Assembly (NCBI GenBank): GCA_910577095.1
Contig: CAJTLY010000006.1
Location: 1,344-65,343, forward strand
Reading direction: 5' to 3'
Origin: an uncultured Alphaproteobacteria bacterium
Lineage (GTDB): Bacteria > Pseudomonadota > Alphaproteobacteria > RF32 > CAG-239
DNA: 64,000 nt
The notes beneath the pieces are model-generated. The model was given only the letters and a program-made list of their open reading frames with translations, made no database searches and was not told where the DNA came from. Position 1 is the stretch's first letter. The number at the start of each line of letters is the position of its first letter. The translations under genes and the position numbers were made by a program. Below are positions 35,063 through 46,028 of the stretch, piece after piece.

Positions 35063-35923
35063 CTATGCTTCGGTTGCCCCGGACATTGTTTCAGCAGCCG
35101 GTTTCTCGGCAGCCGACGCCTTGACCGTTTTCTTTACTGCTGTCCGTTTGGAAGAATTGCGGCTGCTTTTGCTTTTATTTTTTTTCTTTGCCGCGGCTTT
35201 GGCCGGAACAGTTTCGGAACCGCTGTTTTCTGCCGTCGTATTTTTCGCGGCCGGTTTATTGCGAAGCGTTTTCTTCACCACAGCCTTTTCAACGCTTTTG
35301 CGAACCTTGACCGCAATTTTTTTAACTTCCTGCTCCACTTGTTTAACCGGATTCTTGCGATTGTTTTCAACCGTATAAATATAATCCAGACACTTGTCAA
35401 AATACTGGTATCCGGTAATGAAAGTCAAAATTCCGGCAATCCACAGCAACCATTCGCCGATAACGTTCACCTGACTGCCGATCAACGGCAGTTGTTGCAG
35501 CAAAATCATCGCAATTGCCGTCATCTGAAAACCGGTTTTCCATTTAGCCAGCTTGGTCACCGGCATCCCGACGTGAAATTCGGCCAGAAATTCCCTCAGA
35601 CCCGAAACCAAAACTTCGCGGCACATAATGATAATCACCGGAATATAAGTCAGCGGCGTCACCAGTTGGTTGGCCACGATAATCACCAGAGCCGACACCA
35701 CCAGCAACTTGTCGGCGATCGGATCCAGCAGCCGGCCGAAAACGGAATTCTGATTGCGGGAACGCGCAAAATAACCGTCCAAATAATCGGTTATCGACGC
35801 CATGATAAACAAAACGCCGGCCAAAATCGACCATACAACCGAATGAATATAGATAGAAAGAAAAATCACCGGAATAACCACGATCCGGGAAATTGTCAGA
35901 ATATTTGGAAGATTATAAAACAC
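35063..35923 (-). CDS. pgsA: CDP-diacylglycerol--glycerol-3-phosphate 3-phosphatidyltransferase with a ~95-aa Lys/Ala-rich C-terminal extension
   Basis: NLPNILTISR...D(Y)LDG..AR......G..LDP.ADK is the CDP-alcohol phosphatidyltransferase motif. The tail reads KKIAVKVRKSVEKAVVKKTLRNKPAAK...AKAAAKKKNKSKSS. Confidence 0.85.
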   Translation of the reverse strand: MFYNLPNILTISRIVVIPVIFLSIYIHSVVWSILAGVLFIMASITDYLDGYFARSRNQNSVFGRLLDPIADKLLVVSALVIIVANQLVTPLTYIPVIIIMCREVLVSGLREFLAEFHVGMPVTKLAKWKTGFQMTAIAMILLQQLPLIGSQVNVIGEWLLWIAGILTFITGYQYFDKCLDYIYTVENNRKNPVKQVEQEVKKIAVKVRKSVEKAVVKKTLRNKPAAKNTTAENSGSETVPAKAAAKKKNKSKSSRNSSKRTAVKKTVKASAAEKPAAETMSGATEA

Positions 35924-35981
35924 GATGACACCTGCTTAAAAATAGGGTTGAAATTATTTTTTTTAATATATTGCATAAAAT

Positions 35982-37787
35982 CTATTTATGAAAGTACTTA
36001 AATATTTTTTCCGCCGTTTTTTTGCTGATTCCCGGAACATCTTCAATATCTTTCAGACCGGCCTGGGCAACCGCCTCCGCCGATCCGAAATAATTGAGCA
36101 GCGCTTTTTTGCGCCCGCCGCCGATTCCCTCGATCTCATCGAGCTTGGAGCGGACAATCGATTTTCCGCGTTTTTTGCGATGGGTACCGATGGCAAAACG
36201 GTGCGCTTCGTCGCGAATGTTCTGCATATAAAACGCCAGCGGCGAAGCAAACGGCAATGCAAAGCTTTCCCGCCCTGCCTGATGATAAAACTCTTTGCCG
36301 GCATTGCGTTCCGGCCCCTTGGAAATTGCAATTATCGCGATTCCCGACAAATCAAAATCCTTCAAACTTTCGTGCACGGCATGAAGCTGCCCCAACCCGC
36401 CGTCCAACAAAATCACGTCGGGACGGTTTTCCGACGTCATCTTGGCAAACCGGCGCCCCAGCACTTCGCGCATCATCGCAAAATCGTCGTTGGTAATCTG
36501 CGGATCTTTAATATTGAAAGTCCGGTAGGCTTTCTTGTCAAAACCTTGCGGAGTCGCCACGATCATTGCTCCGACCGCATAACTGCCCTGAATATGCGAG
36601 TTATCATAAACTTCAATCCGTTCCGGCATTTTCGGCAGATTAAAAACCCGCTGCATTTCGATAAGATTGTTGCGGACCGAATTTTCGAGTGCCATTTTGC
36701 GTTCCAACGATTCCTTGGCATTGTTTTTGACGTTGGCGGCAATTTTTGCTTTGTCTCCGCGTTGATACCAGCTTATTTTGGCACCGATCGCTTCGCTCAA
36801 AAATTCCCGGGCTTCAATATCGTCGGCAATCACAATTTCTGCCGGCGGAACATGAGAAGCATAGAAACTGCTCAAAAAGGCTTCCATAATTTCGCCCTCT
36901 CCCGCTTCTTCCGCCTGTTGCGGAAAGAACGGCAGATTGCCGCAGTTTTGCCCCGCCCGGATAAAAAAGACCTGAATGCATACCCGCCCGTTGGCACGAT
37001 ACAGGGCAATAAAATCTGCCGATTTTACCGCCACGTACTCAACATTGCTGCCCTGCTGCACACTGGTAAGGGCGCGGATACGGTCACGGTAAACCATTGC
37101 GGTTTCAAAATCCTGACGGGCACTAGCCTCTTCCATCTTGGCCGTCATCTCGTCGCGCAAACGGTTGCTTTTGTTTTCGATAAACGCCACCGCCTCATCA
37201 ACCAGCCGCCGATAGTCTTCTTTGGATATTTTGCCGACACAAGGCGCCGAACAACGTTTGATCTGATACATCAAACAGGGACGGTCGCGGTGGCAGAACA
37301 CGCTGTCCGAACACGAACGCAGCAAAAATGCCCTTTGCAGCAGATCGAGCACGTTATTGACCGCGCGTGCATCGGCAAACGGTCCGAAATATTTATACCC
37401 GTCTTTTTTGACGCCGCGATATTTGCGCAACACCGGATACTCGGCTTTAACGTCCAGCGACAAATACGGAAATCCTTTGTCGTCTTTGAGCAGAATGTTG
37501 TAATGCGGTTCAAGTTTTTTAATCAACTCGCTTTCCAGCAGCAGCGCCCGCACTTCGGTTTCCACCACGATAAATTCCATCCGTTCGATTTCCGAAACCA
37601 TACGCTGCAGCCGCACCGGCAGTTTGTCGATATGCGAATAGGCGACAATCCGTTTTTTGATGTTTTTGGCTTTGCCGACATACAACACCCGGCCGCCTTC
37701 GCCGAGCATCCGGTAGACACCCGGCTTTTCGGGAGCGATCCGGATGTTTTGTTTCAAAATTTCCAGTCCGCGTCTGATATCAATCAA
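35982..37787 (-). CDS. uvrC: excinuclease ABC subunit C
   Basis: 601 aa. GIY-YIG N-terminus (GVYRMLGEGGRVLYVGKAKNIKKR), UVR domain, and a C-terminal (HhH)2. Confidence 0.95.
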   Translation of the reverse strand: MIDIRRGLEILKQNIRIAPEKPGVYRMLGEGGRVLYVGKAKNIKKRIVAYSHIDKLPVRLQRMVSEIERMEFIVVETEVRALLLESELIKKLEPHYNILLKDDKGFPYLSLDVKAEYPVLRKYRGVKKDGYKYFGPFADARAVNNVLDLLQRAFLLRSCSDSVFCHRDRPCLMYQIKRCSAPCVGKISKEDYRRLVDEAVAFIENKSNRLRDEMTAKMEEASARQDFETAMVYRDRIRALTSVQQGSNVEYVAVKSADFIALYRANGRVCIQVFFIRAGQNCGNLPFFPQQAEEAGEGEIMEAFLSSFYASHVPPAEIVIADDIEAREFLSEAIGAKISWYQRGDKAKIAANVKNNAKESLERKMALENSVRNNLIEMQRVFNLPKMPERIEVYDNSHIQGSYAVGAMIVATPQGFDKKAYRTFNIKDPQITNDDFAMMREVLGRRFAKMTSENRPDVILLDGGLGQLHAVHESLKDFDLSGIAIIAISKGPERNAGKEFYHQAGRESFALPFASPLAFYMQNIRDEAHRFAIGTHRKKRGKSIVRSKLDEIEGIGGGRKKALLNYFGSAEAVAQAGLKDIEDVPGISKKTAEKIFKYFHK

Positions 37788-37802
37788 CTTGGCACCGCTT
37801 TC

Positions 37803-38120
37803 TTAAAAAATTAACGTTTCAAAAAAGACAAAGCTCAAAATTCCCGAGAATCCGAGTTGGAACAAGTTGCCGACCCAAGCGCCGCCCATGGCGCCGTAAT
37901 CGAGCTCCCGGCCTCTTCCCTTATATATTTGATTGAAAAACAAAGTGTAAAGGCCTGACACCGCAATCGCCATCAAATAAAAGTTCAGATCGCCGAACAA
38001 CGGAAAGGCTTCTTCCCAGTCAAGAAAAGACGAAAGCAGAAAGCCGATAATCACACCCGACAAAACCATCGGCCGAAAGATTATCCCGCTGGTAAATAAA
38101 GCCTTCAATCCGTTCAGCAA
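37803..38120 (-). CDS. small hypothetical membrane protein (105 aa)
   Basis: Three to four TM helices. Tightly packed between glmM and uvrC. Confidence 0.5.
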   Translation of the reverse strand: MLNGLKALFTSGIIFRPMVLSGVIIGFLLSSFLDWEEAFPLFGDLNFYLMAIAVSGLYTLFFNQIYKGRGRELDYGAMGGAWVGNLFQLGFSGILSFVFFETLIF

Positions 38121-38130
38121 TTATTCTCTC

Positions 38131-39480
38131 CTATTGAAAACGTTTGATTTCATTAATGATCGAGTCGCTCAGTTCCTTGACCAATGCCGCATCGCTGCCC
38201 GATACCCAAACCCGGATCAAGGGTTCGGTTCCCGAAGGATGAAGCACCACTCTTCCCTTGCCGGCAATTTTCTCTTCGGCCGCCTTAACCGCCGCTTTGA
38301 CCCGCTCGTCTTCAACCGCCTGTCGGACCACTTCGCGGCTGGCGACCCGCGGACTGACGAAAACATATGGGTCAAAGGCAAAACGTGGGAAAATTTCGCT
38401 CATTTTTTTGCCGCTTTTTAACAACCCGATACAAACCAAAAGCGCCACCACCAACGCGTCGCCGGTTTTGCTGTAGTCGGCTACCACCACATGGCCCGAT
38501 TCTTCGCCGCCGACGCTGCAGCCGACTTCCTGCATTTTTGCAATCACGGCCCTTTCGCCGACTTTGGTGCTGTAATATTCCATGCCCATCGCGCGAACAT
38601 ACCGTTCCAGCGCCGTATTCGACAACACCGTCGACACCACCGCATTGCCGGTGTATTTTCCGTCAGCCTTCAAAGTTTCGGCAACAAAGGCAATCAACTG
38701 TTCGCTGGCAACTTTTTCGCCTTTTTCATTACAAACAATAATGCGGTCTCCGTCCCCGTCGACGGCCACCCCCAACTGAGCGTTGGCTTCGCGCACGGTT
38801 TCAAACATCTTTTCCGGATGTTGCGAACCGCACTCGCGGTTGATGTTGTAACCGTCGGGCTGCGTGCCGATCGCAATTACGCCGGCACCCAAGTCTTTAA
38901 ACACCTGCGGCATAATCTCGGAAAAAACGCCGTTGGCACAGTCAAGCACCACCCGCAATCCTTTCAGCGGATGAGGGGTATCAATGAAACTTTTGGCCTT
39001 TTCCAGATACAAAACCACCGCTTCTTTGTTTTCGCTTACGGTACCGATTCCGGCGCTGTCGAGCGCGAAATCGTCTTCGGCAATCATTTCCTCAAGACGG
39101 GACGTCACCTGATCGGAAAACTTGTCGCCGGCAGCGGTAATCAGTTTTATTCCGTTATCCTGATACGGATTGTGAGAAGCCGTAATCATAACCGACATAT
39201 CAACGTCAAGATCCGGTGTCACCGACGTTACGGCCGGCGTCGGCAAAACGCCCAGCTTTACGACGTCAACCCCGGCAGCGGTTAATCCGGCAGTCAGAGC
39301 GGCTTCCAGCATTTCGCCGGAGATCCGGGTATCACGGCCGATCGCCGCGCGACGTTTGTTTTTACAAACCTCAAGCCCGCAGGCCATTCCGAGTTTAACC
39401 GCAAATTCGGCCGTCATCGGATAAACGTTGGCCACCCCGCGCACCCCGTCGGTGCCAAACAATTTTTTTACCATAGTCAC
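38131..39480 (-). CDS. glmM: phosphoglucosamine mutase
   Basis: FGTDGVRG N-terminus, the TASHNP phosphoserine loop, and DGDGDR metal loop. Confidence 0.95.
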   Translation of the reverse strand: MTMVKKLFGTDGVRGVANVYPMTAEFAVKLGMACGLEVCKNKRRAAIGRDTRISGEMLEAALTAGLTAAGVDVVKLGVLPTPAVTSVTPDLDVDMSVMITASHNPYQDNGIKLITAAGDKFSDQVTSRLEEMIAEDDFALDSAGIGTVSENKEAVVLYLEKAKSFIDTPHPLKGLRVVLDCANGVFSEIMPQVFKDLGAGVIAIGTQPDGYNINRECGSQHPEKMFETVREANAQLGVAVDGDGDRIIVCNEKGEKVASEQLIAFVAETLKADGKYTGNAVVSTVLSNTALERYVRAMGMEYYSTKVGERAVIAKMQEVGCSVGGEESGHVVVADYSKTGDALVVALLVCIGLLKSGKKMSEIFPRFAFDPYVFVSPRVASREVVRQAVEDERVKAAVKAAEEKIAGKGRVVLHPSGTEPLIRVWVSGSDAALVKELSDSIINEIKRFQ

Positions 39481-39565
39481 AACTCCTGTTACGTTTTTTT
39501 ATCAATATATAGACATTCGCCGCAAATAGCAAATTCATTTTGCCAAAAACAAAGACTTTCCGCAG

Positions 39566-39598
39566 TCAAACAAACCCCGCCCAAACGGACGGGGTTTG
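39566..39598 (-). terminator. hairpin terminator after ftsH
   Basis: AAACCCCG...CGGGGTTT hairpin, followed on the minus strand by GTTTG. Confidence 0.5.
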
Positions 39599-39626
39599 TA
39601 TTGTCATACGCCGCAAAACCGGCATT

Positions 39627-41495
39627 TCACAATTCGGGAACCGACGCTTGGGTCTGCTTGGACGCATCAACCGGCGATTCCCCCGCCTTGTTGATTTTTT
39701 CGCCGTTGATGACCTGCTTGATTTCTTCGCCGGTCAACGTTTCGTACTCAATCAAAGCTTCGGACAGCCGTTCCCATTCTTCCTTTTTATCCTTAAGGAT
39801 TTTGAGAGCCCCTTCATGAGCTTCACAAACCAGTCGTTTGATCTCGCTGTCAACCACACGGGCCGTCTCTTCGCTCATGTTCTTATTTTGGGTCACCGAC
39901 TTGCCGAGAAAAACCTCTTCCGAATTTTCGGCATAAAGCACCGGTCCCAGCAACTCGCTCATGCCCCATTCGGTAACCATCGCCCGCGCCAACTTGGTTG
40001 CCGCGGCAATGTCCGAAGACGCCCCGCTGGTTACTTTTTCGGAACCGAATTTCAGTTCTTCGGCGGCACGACCGCCCATACAAATAATCAAACGCGACAA
40101 CATCTTGGCCCGAGAATAAGAATACTGGTCTTTTTCCGGCAGTTGCTGAACCATGCCGAGCGCACGTCCCCGCGGGATAATCGTCGCTTTGTGAATCGGA
40201 TCGGTCTCGCTGACGTTCAACGAACAAATGGCATGCCCGGCTTCGTGATAAGCCGTCAGTTTCTTTTCCTGCTCGTCCATCGCCATCGACTTGCGCTCGT
40301 TTCCCATCAGCACTTTGTCTTTGGCGTCGTCAAAATCTTTGGAAGTGACCTTGCGCTTGTTGCGGCGGGCTGCCGTCAAAGCCGCTTCGTTCACCAGATT
40401 GGCCAGATCCGCTCCCGAAAATCCGGGCGTTCCGCGGGCAACCACCGCCAGATTGACGTCTTTCGCCAACGGAACTTTACGAACATGAACCTTCAAAATT
40501 TCCTCGCGTCCTTTGACATCCGGATTCGGCACCACCACCTGACGGTCAAACCGTCCCGGGCGCAAAAGCGCCGGATCCAGCACATCGGGCCGGTTGGTTG
40601 CCGCAATCAGAATAACGTTTTCGTTCTCGTCAAAACCGTCCATTTCAACCAACAGCTGATTGAGGGTCTGCTCGCGTTCGTCATTGCCGCCGCCCAGTCC
40701 GGCACCGCGGTGACGGCCGACGGCATCAATCTCGTCAATAAACAGCAGACAGGGCGAGTTTTTCTTTGCCTGTGCAAACATATCACGGACTCGGGAAGCA
40801 CCGACGCCGACAAACATTTCCACAAAATCGGAACCGGAAATCGAAAAGAACGGCACATCGGCTTCGCCGGCAACCGCTTTCGCCAACAAAGTTTTACCGG
40901 TTCCCGGAGGTCCGACCAGCAAAACCCCCTTCGGAATTTTGCCGCCCAACCGCTGAAACTTGGCCGGATCTTTCAAAAAGTCGATCACTTCTTCCAACTC
41001 TTGTTTGGATTCGTCGCAACCGGCAACATCGGCAAAAGTTACTTTTTTGGCGTTTTCCAACAACCGGGCGCGCGATTTGCCGAAACTCATCGCCTTGCTG
41101 TTGCCGGCATTGGCCTGACGCATAAAGAAAATCCACACCCCGATCAACAAAATCATCGGAAACCACGAAATAAGAATTCCCCAAAAAGTGTTGGCAGAAG
41201 TGTCTTCGGGTTTGGCATTGACAACCACTCCGTTTTTGCGCAGGGTTTCGATCATTGTCGGATCATACGGCGTATAAGTATAAAACTTGCCGCCTTCGGT
41301 ATAGGTTCCGTAAACGTCCGGCCCCGAAACCGTCACTTCGGCAACCTTGCGGTTTTCCACCTGATTCATAAATTCGGAAAACGGCAGCTGCCCGCTGGCT
41401 CCCGTCATCGGCGAACCTTTGCCGAACATATTGGCAATTGCGGTCAACAAAATAATTGCCGCCAGCCAGAAAATTAAACTCTTACCTATTTTCAT
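39627..41495 (-). CDS. ftsH: ATP-dependent zinc metalloprotease FtsH
   Basis: Walker A GPPGTGKT, an SRH region, and the zinc motif HEAGHA. Confidence 0.97.
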   Translation of the reverse strand: MKIGKSLIFWLAAIILLTAIANMFGKGSPMTGASGQLPFSEFMNQVENRKVAEVTVSGPDVYGTYTEGGKFYTYTPYDPTMIETLRKNGVVVNAKPEDTSANTFWGILISWFPMILLIGVWIFFMRQANAGNSKAMSFGKSRARLLENAKKVTFADVAGCDESKQELEEVIDFLKDPAKFQRLGGKIPKGVLLVGPPGTGKTLLAKAVAGEADVPFFSISGSDFVEMFVGVGASRVRDMFAQAKKNSPCLLFIDEIDAVGRHRGAGLGGGNDEREQTLNQLLVEMDGFDENENVILIAATNRPDVLDPALLRPGRFDRQVVVPNPDVKGREEILKVHVRKVPLAKDVNLAVVARGTPGFSGADLANLVNEAALTAARRNKRKVTSKDFDDAKDKVLMGNERKSMAMDEQEKKLTAYHEAGHAICSLNVSETDPIHKATIIPRGRALGMVQQLPEKDQYSYSRAKMLSRLIICMGGRAAEELKFGSEKVTSGASSDIAAATKLARAMVTEWGMSELLGPVLYAENSEEVFLGKSVTQNKNMSEETARVVDSEIKRLVCEAHEGALKILKDKKEEWERLSEALIEYETLTGEEIKQVINGEKINKAGESPVDASKQTQASVPEL

Positions 41496-41570
41496 TCCAG
41501 TTCCTTATCAATAATCAATCTGGTCTATATATAGTTTTTTTATCGGCAAAACACAATAGACTTCCGTTAT

Positions 41571-42671
41571 TCATTTTTGTCGGGCCGTCAGCAGGCATTT
41601 CAATGCATGGGGAATCACCATCTTGTCGTATGTGGGAAAGCTCCGTACAAAATCTTTCCATTGCAGGCTGTCGGGCGTTTTTTTCTCTTTGCTTTCGCGA
41701 ACGATCCACAACCGTTTCTGAAACGGAACCAACACGCAGCCGCCCAGGGTACAACCGCGAAAATGCGGATCGGCCACCGTTTTAAGCAGGCGCTGCAACT
41801 CTTCATATTCGGGAGGATAACTGCCGCCGCCGATCTGCCGCAACAACCGCGCCAGCACCCGCCTTTTCAATTCCGGATGCAAAGCATTGAGCGCTGTGGG
41901 GGAAACACTGACGGCCATTTGTTCAAAATACCGCACATAACGCTTCACAAACTGATCGGTTTCATTTTCAAAATACGCCCGCGCCTCACTCAGCGCTTTG
42001 GCTGTTTCGGCCAGCCGTCGCACCGAAATTCCGGTTGCTTTTTCCAGCCGCGGCAGAAACTTGCGCATCCGAACCCGCAAAAAATCATCACAGTCGTTGG
42101 AAGCGTCTTCGGCCCACCCGATCTGATTGTTGCGCAGCAAATCCTTTAATTCCGCAGGATCAACATCCAGCAACGGCCGAATCAGATTAATTCTGCCGCG
42201 ACGCGAAAAAGGCTGCATCGATGCCAACCCGTCAACTCCGCTTCCCCGTTGCAAACGCATTAAAAAAGTCTCGGCCTGATCGGTTTGATGATGCGCTGTC
42301 AGCAAATGTTCAATTTCATGGGCCGCGCACCACTCTTCCAGCAACCGGTACCGCCCCAAACGGGCTTTTTCTTCCAAGCTGCCGCTTGTTTGGTCCGGAA
42401 ACCAGTCAAGAATATGATGTTCCATCCCCCATTTCGCCGCCAGCGCCGCCACCATTTCGGCTTCGGCCCCTGCTTCGGGACGCAGATGATGGTTAACCGT
42501 CAGCATCACCGCGCGGCCGCCGTGTTCTTTGACATATTCACGCAGCAAAAAGGCCAGCGCCAGCGAATCCGCACCGCCCGAAACCGCAGCGGCAACGTTA
42601 CGCAGTACCAGATCATGATCGGCAGCAATCCGATTCATCCCGGCAGCAAACTTCTCGGTCAGACTTCCCAT
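41571..42671 (-). CDS. tilS: tRNA(Ile)-lysidine synthase
   Basis: PP-loop AVSGGADS. Conserved position upstream of ftsH. Confidence 0.9.
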   Translation of the reverse strand: MGSLTEKFAAGMNRIAADHDLVLRNVAAAVSGGADSLALAFLLREYVKEHGGRAVMLTVNHHLRPEAGAEAEMVAALAAKWGMEHHILDWFPDQTSGSLEEKARLGRYRLLEEWCAAHEIEHLLTAHHQTDQAETFLMRLQRGSGVDGLASMQPFSRRGRINLIRPLLDVDPAELKDLLRNNQIGWAEDASNDCDDFLRVRMRKFLPRLEKATGISVRRLAETAKALSEARAYFENETDQFVKRYVRYFEQMAVSVSPTALNALHPELKRRVLARLLRQIGGGSYPPEYEELQRLLKTVADPHFRGCTLGGCVLVPFQKRLWIVRESKEKKTPDSLQWKDFVRSFPTYDKMVIPHALKCLLTARQK

Positions 42672-42691
42672 CGTTTACGGCCTGTTTTTCA

Positions 42692-43537
42692 TTATTTGCA
42701 GCCCAGCTTTTTGGCTCCTTCGGCTGCCTTGTTTTTCAGTGTTTTGTCGGCTTTCGGAAATTCAGTCGGCAGACTGACAAAAGCGGCGCAGGCTTCATCT
42801 TTTTTGTTGAGAGATTGCATCGACATCCCCAACTTCAACAAACTGTCGGCTCTTTTCGGACTGTTCTTATAATTCTGATATCCTTTGGCAAAAGAAACGG
42901 CCGCCCGGTCAAATTCCTTGCGGGCATAGTAGGTTTCCCCCAACCAATATTGAGCGTTTCCCGCCAACTTATCCTGAGGATGTTTGGAAAGAATTTTGTT
43001 AAAATTTTCCTCGGCAGCGGTATAATCGGCTGCTTTCAAAGCTTCCAACCCTTTTTGATAAATTTCCGCCGGGGTCGGCATTTTGATCGGCTCCAGATTA
43101 TCGCCGCGGCTGATTGCGCCGCCGACAATCGCCGACGGGGCATTTTGTGCGACCGGCGCCGCAAATTTGGGCGAATTGTCAACAACGGCGGCTGTTCCCG
43201 AGCCGGTAATCTTTTTTCCTTCCAACAGCTTCATCCGCACGTCAATGTCTTTATTGACCAAATCCAGCTTTTCGTTCAATTGCTTAATTTTATATTCAAG
43301 TTCGTCCATTCTGCCCGACGCCGAACGGATAACTTCGTCCAAACGGCCGACTCTGACTTCCAGTTCCGAATTTTCGCCGTTATAGCTTTTGCGTTGCAAA
43401 ATCACCAGTTCTTCCCTCAGATCTGCCAATTCCTGCATAATCACCGTCACATCCTGAGCCGTGCACGGGACGGTCCCCGCCATCAACAAAGCCCACACCG
43501 CCGTCAACATCCGGTATTGATTTTTCATTGCTGCCAA
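42692..43537 (-). CDS. cpoB: Tol-Pal system protein CpoB/YbgF
   Basis: Signal peptide, a coiled-coil region, and C-terminal TPR repeats (AQYWLGETYY...). It lies downstream of pal. Confidence 0.85.
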   Translation of the reverse strand: MAAMKNQYRMLTAVWALLMAGTVPCTAQDVTVIMQELADLREELVILQRKSYNGENSELEVRVGRLDEVIRSASGRMDELEYKIKQLNEKLDLVNKDIDVRMKLLEGKKITGSGTAAVVDNSPKFAAPVAQNAPSAIVGGAISRGDNLEPIKMPTPAEIYQKGLEALKAADYTAAEENFNKILSKHPQDKLAGNAQYWLGETYYARKEFDRAAVSFAKGYQNYKNSPKRADSLLKLGMSMQSLNKKDEACAAFVSLPTEFPKADKTLKNKAAEGAKKLGCK

Positions 43538-43669
43538 CCTTTCGTTCTATTGTCGTTTTTTTCTAGATATAGGGCAAAATGACCCAAATCACAAGTCAAA
43601 AAAAGAGGTATCCCAAAGCGGACACCCCTTTTATATCGTCTGTAAGCTTACTTTTATTAAACCGGAAGA

Positions 43670-44134
43670 TTAGTTGCCGGCTTTAACAACGGTAACGGCA
43701 CGACGGTTCTGAGCCCAGGCAGCTTCGTTGTTGCCGAGAACAGCCGGTCTTTCTTTACCATAAGAAATGGTAGAGATTCTGTTAGCCGCAATTCCCTGAG
43801 AAACCAGGTAATCTTTTACAGCGCTGGCACGGCGTTCGCCCAAAGCCAAGTTGTATTCTCTGGTACCTCTTTCGTCGCAGTAGCCTTGAACAACGACGTC
43901 AACGTTTTCGTGTTTTTTCAGCCAGTTAACCTGAGTGTCCAGAATTTCGGTAGCATTGTCGCTTAAAGCAGAGCTGTCGAAAGCAAAGAATACTCTGTCT
44001 TCGGCGTTAGCCATAAAGTTGCGTGCATCTCTGGAATCGCATTCGCTGCCGCCGAAGAAACCGCCCATTGAACCGGTCGATGAACAAGCAGACAACAAAG
44101 CAACCACGCAGAACAAACCTAAAAGTTTTTTCAT
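43670..44134 (-). CDS. pal: peptidoglycan-associated lipoprotein
   Basis: Lipobox LLSA|C. OmpA-like domain with FAFDSS.L, GYCDERGT.EYNLALGERRA and NRRAV. Confidence 0.92.
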   Translation of the reverse strand: MKKLLGLFCVVALLSACSSTGSMGGFFGGSECDSRDARNFMANAEDRVFFAFDSSALSDNATEILDTQVNWLKKHENVDVVVQGYCDERGTREYNLALGERRASAVKDYLVSQGIAANRISTISYGKERPAVLGNNEAAWAQNRRAVTVVKAGN

Positions 44135-44490
44135 TTTATTTTCTCCATATGGGTTTCATTTATTAAATAACTAATACATCAGCTAACTTAAGCAATAATA
44201 GTTTATTTTTCAATAACAAAAACACAAAAAAGCAAAAAAAATAAAACTTTTTTCCCAATGCTTGATAGAACCATCGCTTTAATTCTGATTTTTCGCCATA
44301 AAACCGATTTCAGGCTCTCCGCGTAACCTTTTTTATATTTCTTTTTTTACGCAATAGCCGGGAAACGTTAGCTTTTTGTTTCATTTCAGTTGTCATGTGT
44401 ACATAATATATTATGCCCTAATCGCTGTTTATCGGCAGTGTCAATCGTTTAAGGACAATTTTTTCTATACGGCAGCCGTTTTATAAAGCA

Positions 44491-44520
44491 ACGGGCGTCT
44501 GACATTGTCAGACGCCCGTT
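44491..44520. terminator. 13-bp perfect hairpin immediately downstream of ORF 44525-45211
   Basis: ACGGGCGTCTGAC-ATT-GTCAGACGCCCGT. The U-run is weak. Confidence 0.5.
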
Positions 44521-44524
44521 AAAA

Positions 44525-45211
44525 CTACAGGTAAGCTTTTCTCAATTGACGACAATAATCGCCATCGAAAAATCCCCACTGATTGTATTGGCAAACACCG
44601 CGGCCGCAGGTAACAAGATATCTCGTCGCACAACCGCTCCATATTTCCGTCAAGCGGACGATAGATTCCCGCACCGTCGCCAGCAATACCGGATCGGTTT
44701 CCCGCAGAACCGGCGCCGCCGCCGACAAAAATTGCGGCAGACAGGCGTTGGTAAGCCCATATCGATCTGCTTCGGTCAACGTTTTGATAACCGAGGCCAG
44801 AGTTTCGTTTTTGCCTCTGGCATAATGCTCCAGCATTTCCGGCCGATACAAAACGGCAATCCCGTCTTCCATCGCGCTCAACCGATATCTCATACAGTCG
44901 GCAACCAAATGCAGCAACCGGTCCTCATATCCGGCAAAAGATTTGATACGCGGAACAAAGACATTCCAAAAGTCCGAAAGCGTGGCCTCATAGGGGAAAA
45001 GATCCCGAACCAACCCGACGGCATGGCAGTCAAGCACCTCACGAACTTCCGCATAATCGACCGGCATCGTTTCCAACAGTCTTTTCTGAACAATTCGATG
45101 CATTTCATCGACAAGAGCGTTCCATTCCTTCTCTTGTTCCCGATGCCGAAACCACGTTGTTTCGGAAGAGGTGTTCAACCAGAGAAAAAATTTTTTTAAT
45201 TTCTCATTCAT
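44525..45211 (-). CDS. hypothetical protein (228 aa), weakly related to the two upstream ORFans
   Basis: No signal peptide or TM helix. LSDFWNVFV compares with LSEFWTSFV in ORF 46132-46446. Confidence 0.55.
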   Translation of the reverse strand: MNEKLKKFFLWLNTSSETTWFRHREQEKEWNALVDEMHRIVQKRLLETMPVDYAEVREVLDCHAVGLVRDLFPYEATLSDFWNVFVPRIKSFAGYEDRLLHLVADCMRYRLSAMEDGIAVLYRPEMLEHYARGKNETLASVIKTLTEADRYGLTNACLPQFLSAAAPVLRETDPVLLATVRESIVRLTEIWSGCATRYLVTCGRGVCQYNQWGFFDGDYCRQLRKAYL

Positions 45212-45342
45212 AATAATAAATTTAAGTTAACAAAAAAATTCTTTAATTGCCTTAATCAAACGGCAAAATTTTTACCGGATTCGTTACGAAGCAGAGTCAC
45301 AGCAATTATCGCTTTCGATTCGAATGCTCATACCGAAAAGAC

Positions 45343-45372
45343 AAAAAGAGCAGGCATAAACCTGCTCTTTTT
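45343..45372. terminator. bidirectional rho-independent terminator
   Basis: AAAAAGAGCAGG-loop6-CCTGCTCTTTTT. Confidence 0.75.
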
Positions 45373-45394
45373 GTGTTAACGTTTGTTGTTACGG

Positions 45395-45976
45395 CTACGG
45401 TTCCATAACCATTCCGCGCCACTGTCTTGCCAACGGCTCGGGAAGTTCAAACCCGTTCTGACACAGATCGCTCAACAGAGCCATGAACTCTCTGCGCTTT
45501 CCGTAAGAGCGTTCGGGATAAGCGATCAGAAAAGCGATCACGGCATCCTGCGTAAACGGAAGCCGAGAGAGCTTTTCGGCGCTGTCCGGGAACTCGGCGG
45601 TCAGAGCCTCGGCGATGGCTTCCTCTTCCGGAGACATCGTCTTGGGCGGCACTTTCATACCTTCGCAGATCTGCTTCAACTCCTCCGGAACCTCCAACCG
45701 GTTCTTCTCGAAGTCTTCCAGCAGCATTGCCAGTTTTTCACCGTGGCCTTCCAGCACTTCGGGGAACTTGATCAGCATGTCGATAAACTGCTGAGGATTG
45801 AACCCCGGATGAGAATCGGCTTCGTCGTAAGAGCTCGGAAAGTTGGCCGCGAATTGCTTCAGCAAAACTTTCTTCTGAGTGCTCACCGCTGCTTCCACAA
45901 CCGGATTCTTACCGGCAGCAGCCAGAATTTCACATGCAGCGCCATACAACGCTTCGAAGTTTTGAAATTTCATCAT
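45395..45976 (-). CDS. hypothetical protein (193 aa), paralog of ORF 46132-46446
   Basis: QKKVLLKQFAANFPSSYDEA...LIKFPEVLEGHGEK aligns ungapped with QRKVLKEMFDASFPPSEEDA...MDEYPELLVGNTEK, with 16 of 49 identities by hand count. Confidence 0.6.
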   Translation of the reverse strand: MMKFQNFEALYGAACEILAAAGKNPVVEAAVSTQKKVLLKQFAANFPSSYDEADSHPGFNPQQFIDMLIKFPEVLEGHGEKLAMLLEDFEKNRLEVPEELKQICEGMKVPPKTMSPEEEAIAEALTAEFPDSAEKLSRLPFTQDAVIAFLIAYPERSYGKRREFMALLSDLCQNGFELPEPLARQWRGMVMEP

Positions 45977-46028
45977 ACTAAATGATTTTTATGTTTAACA
46001 ATTGAGAAAATAATTCGAATTGGCTTTT

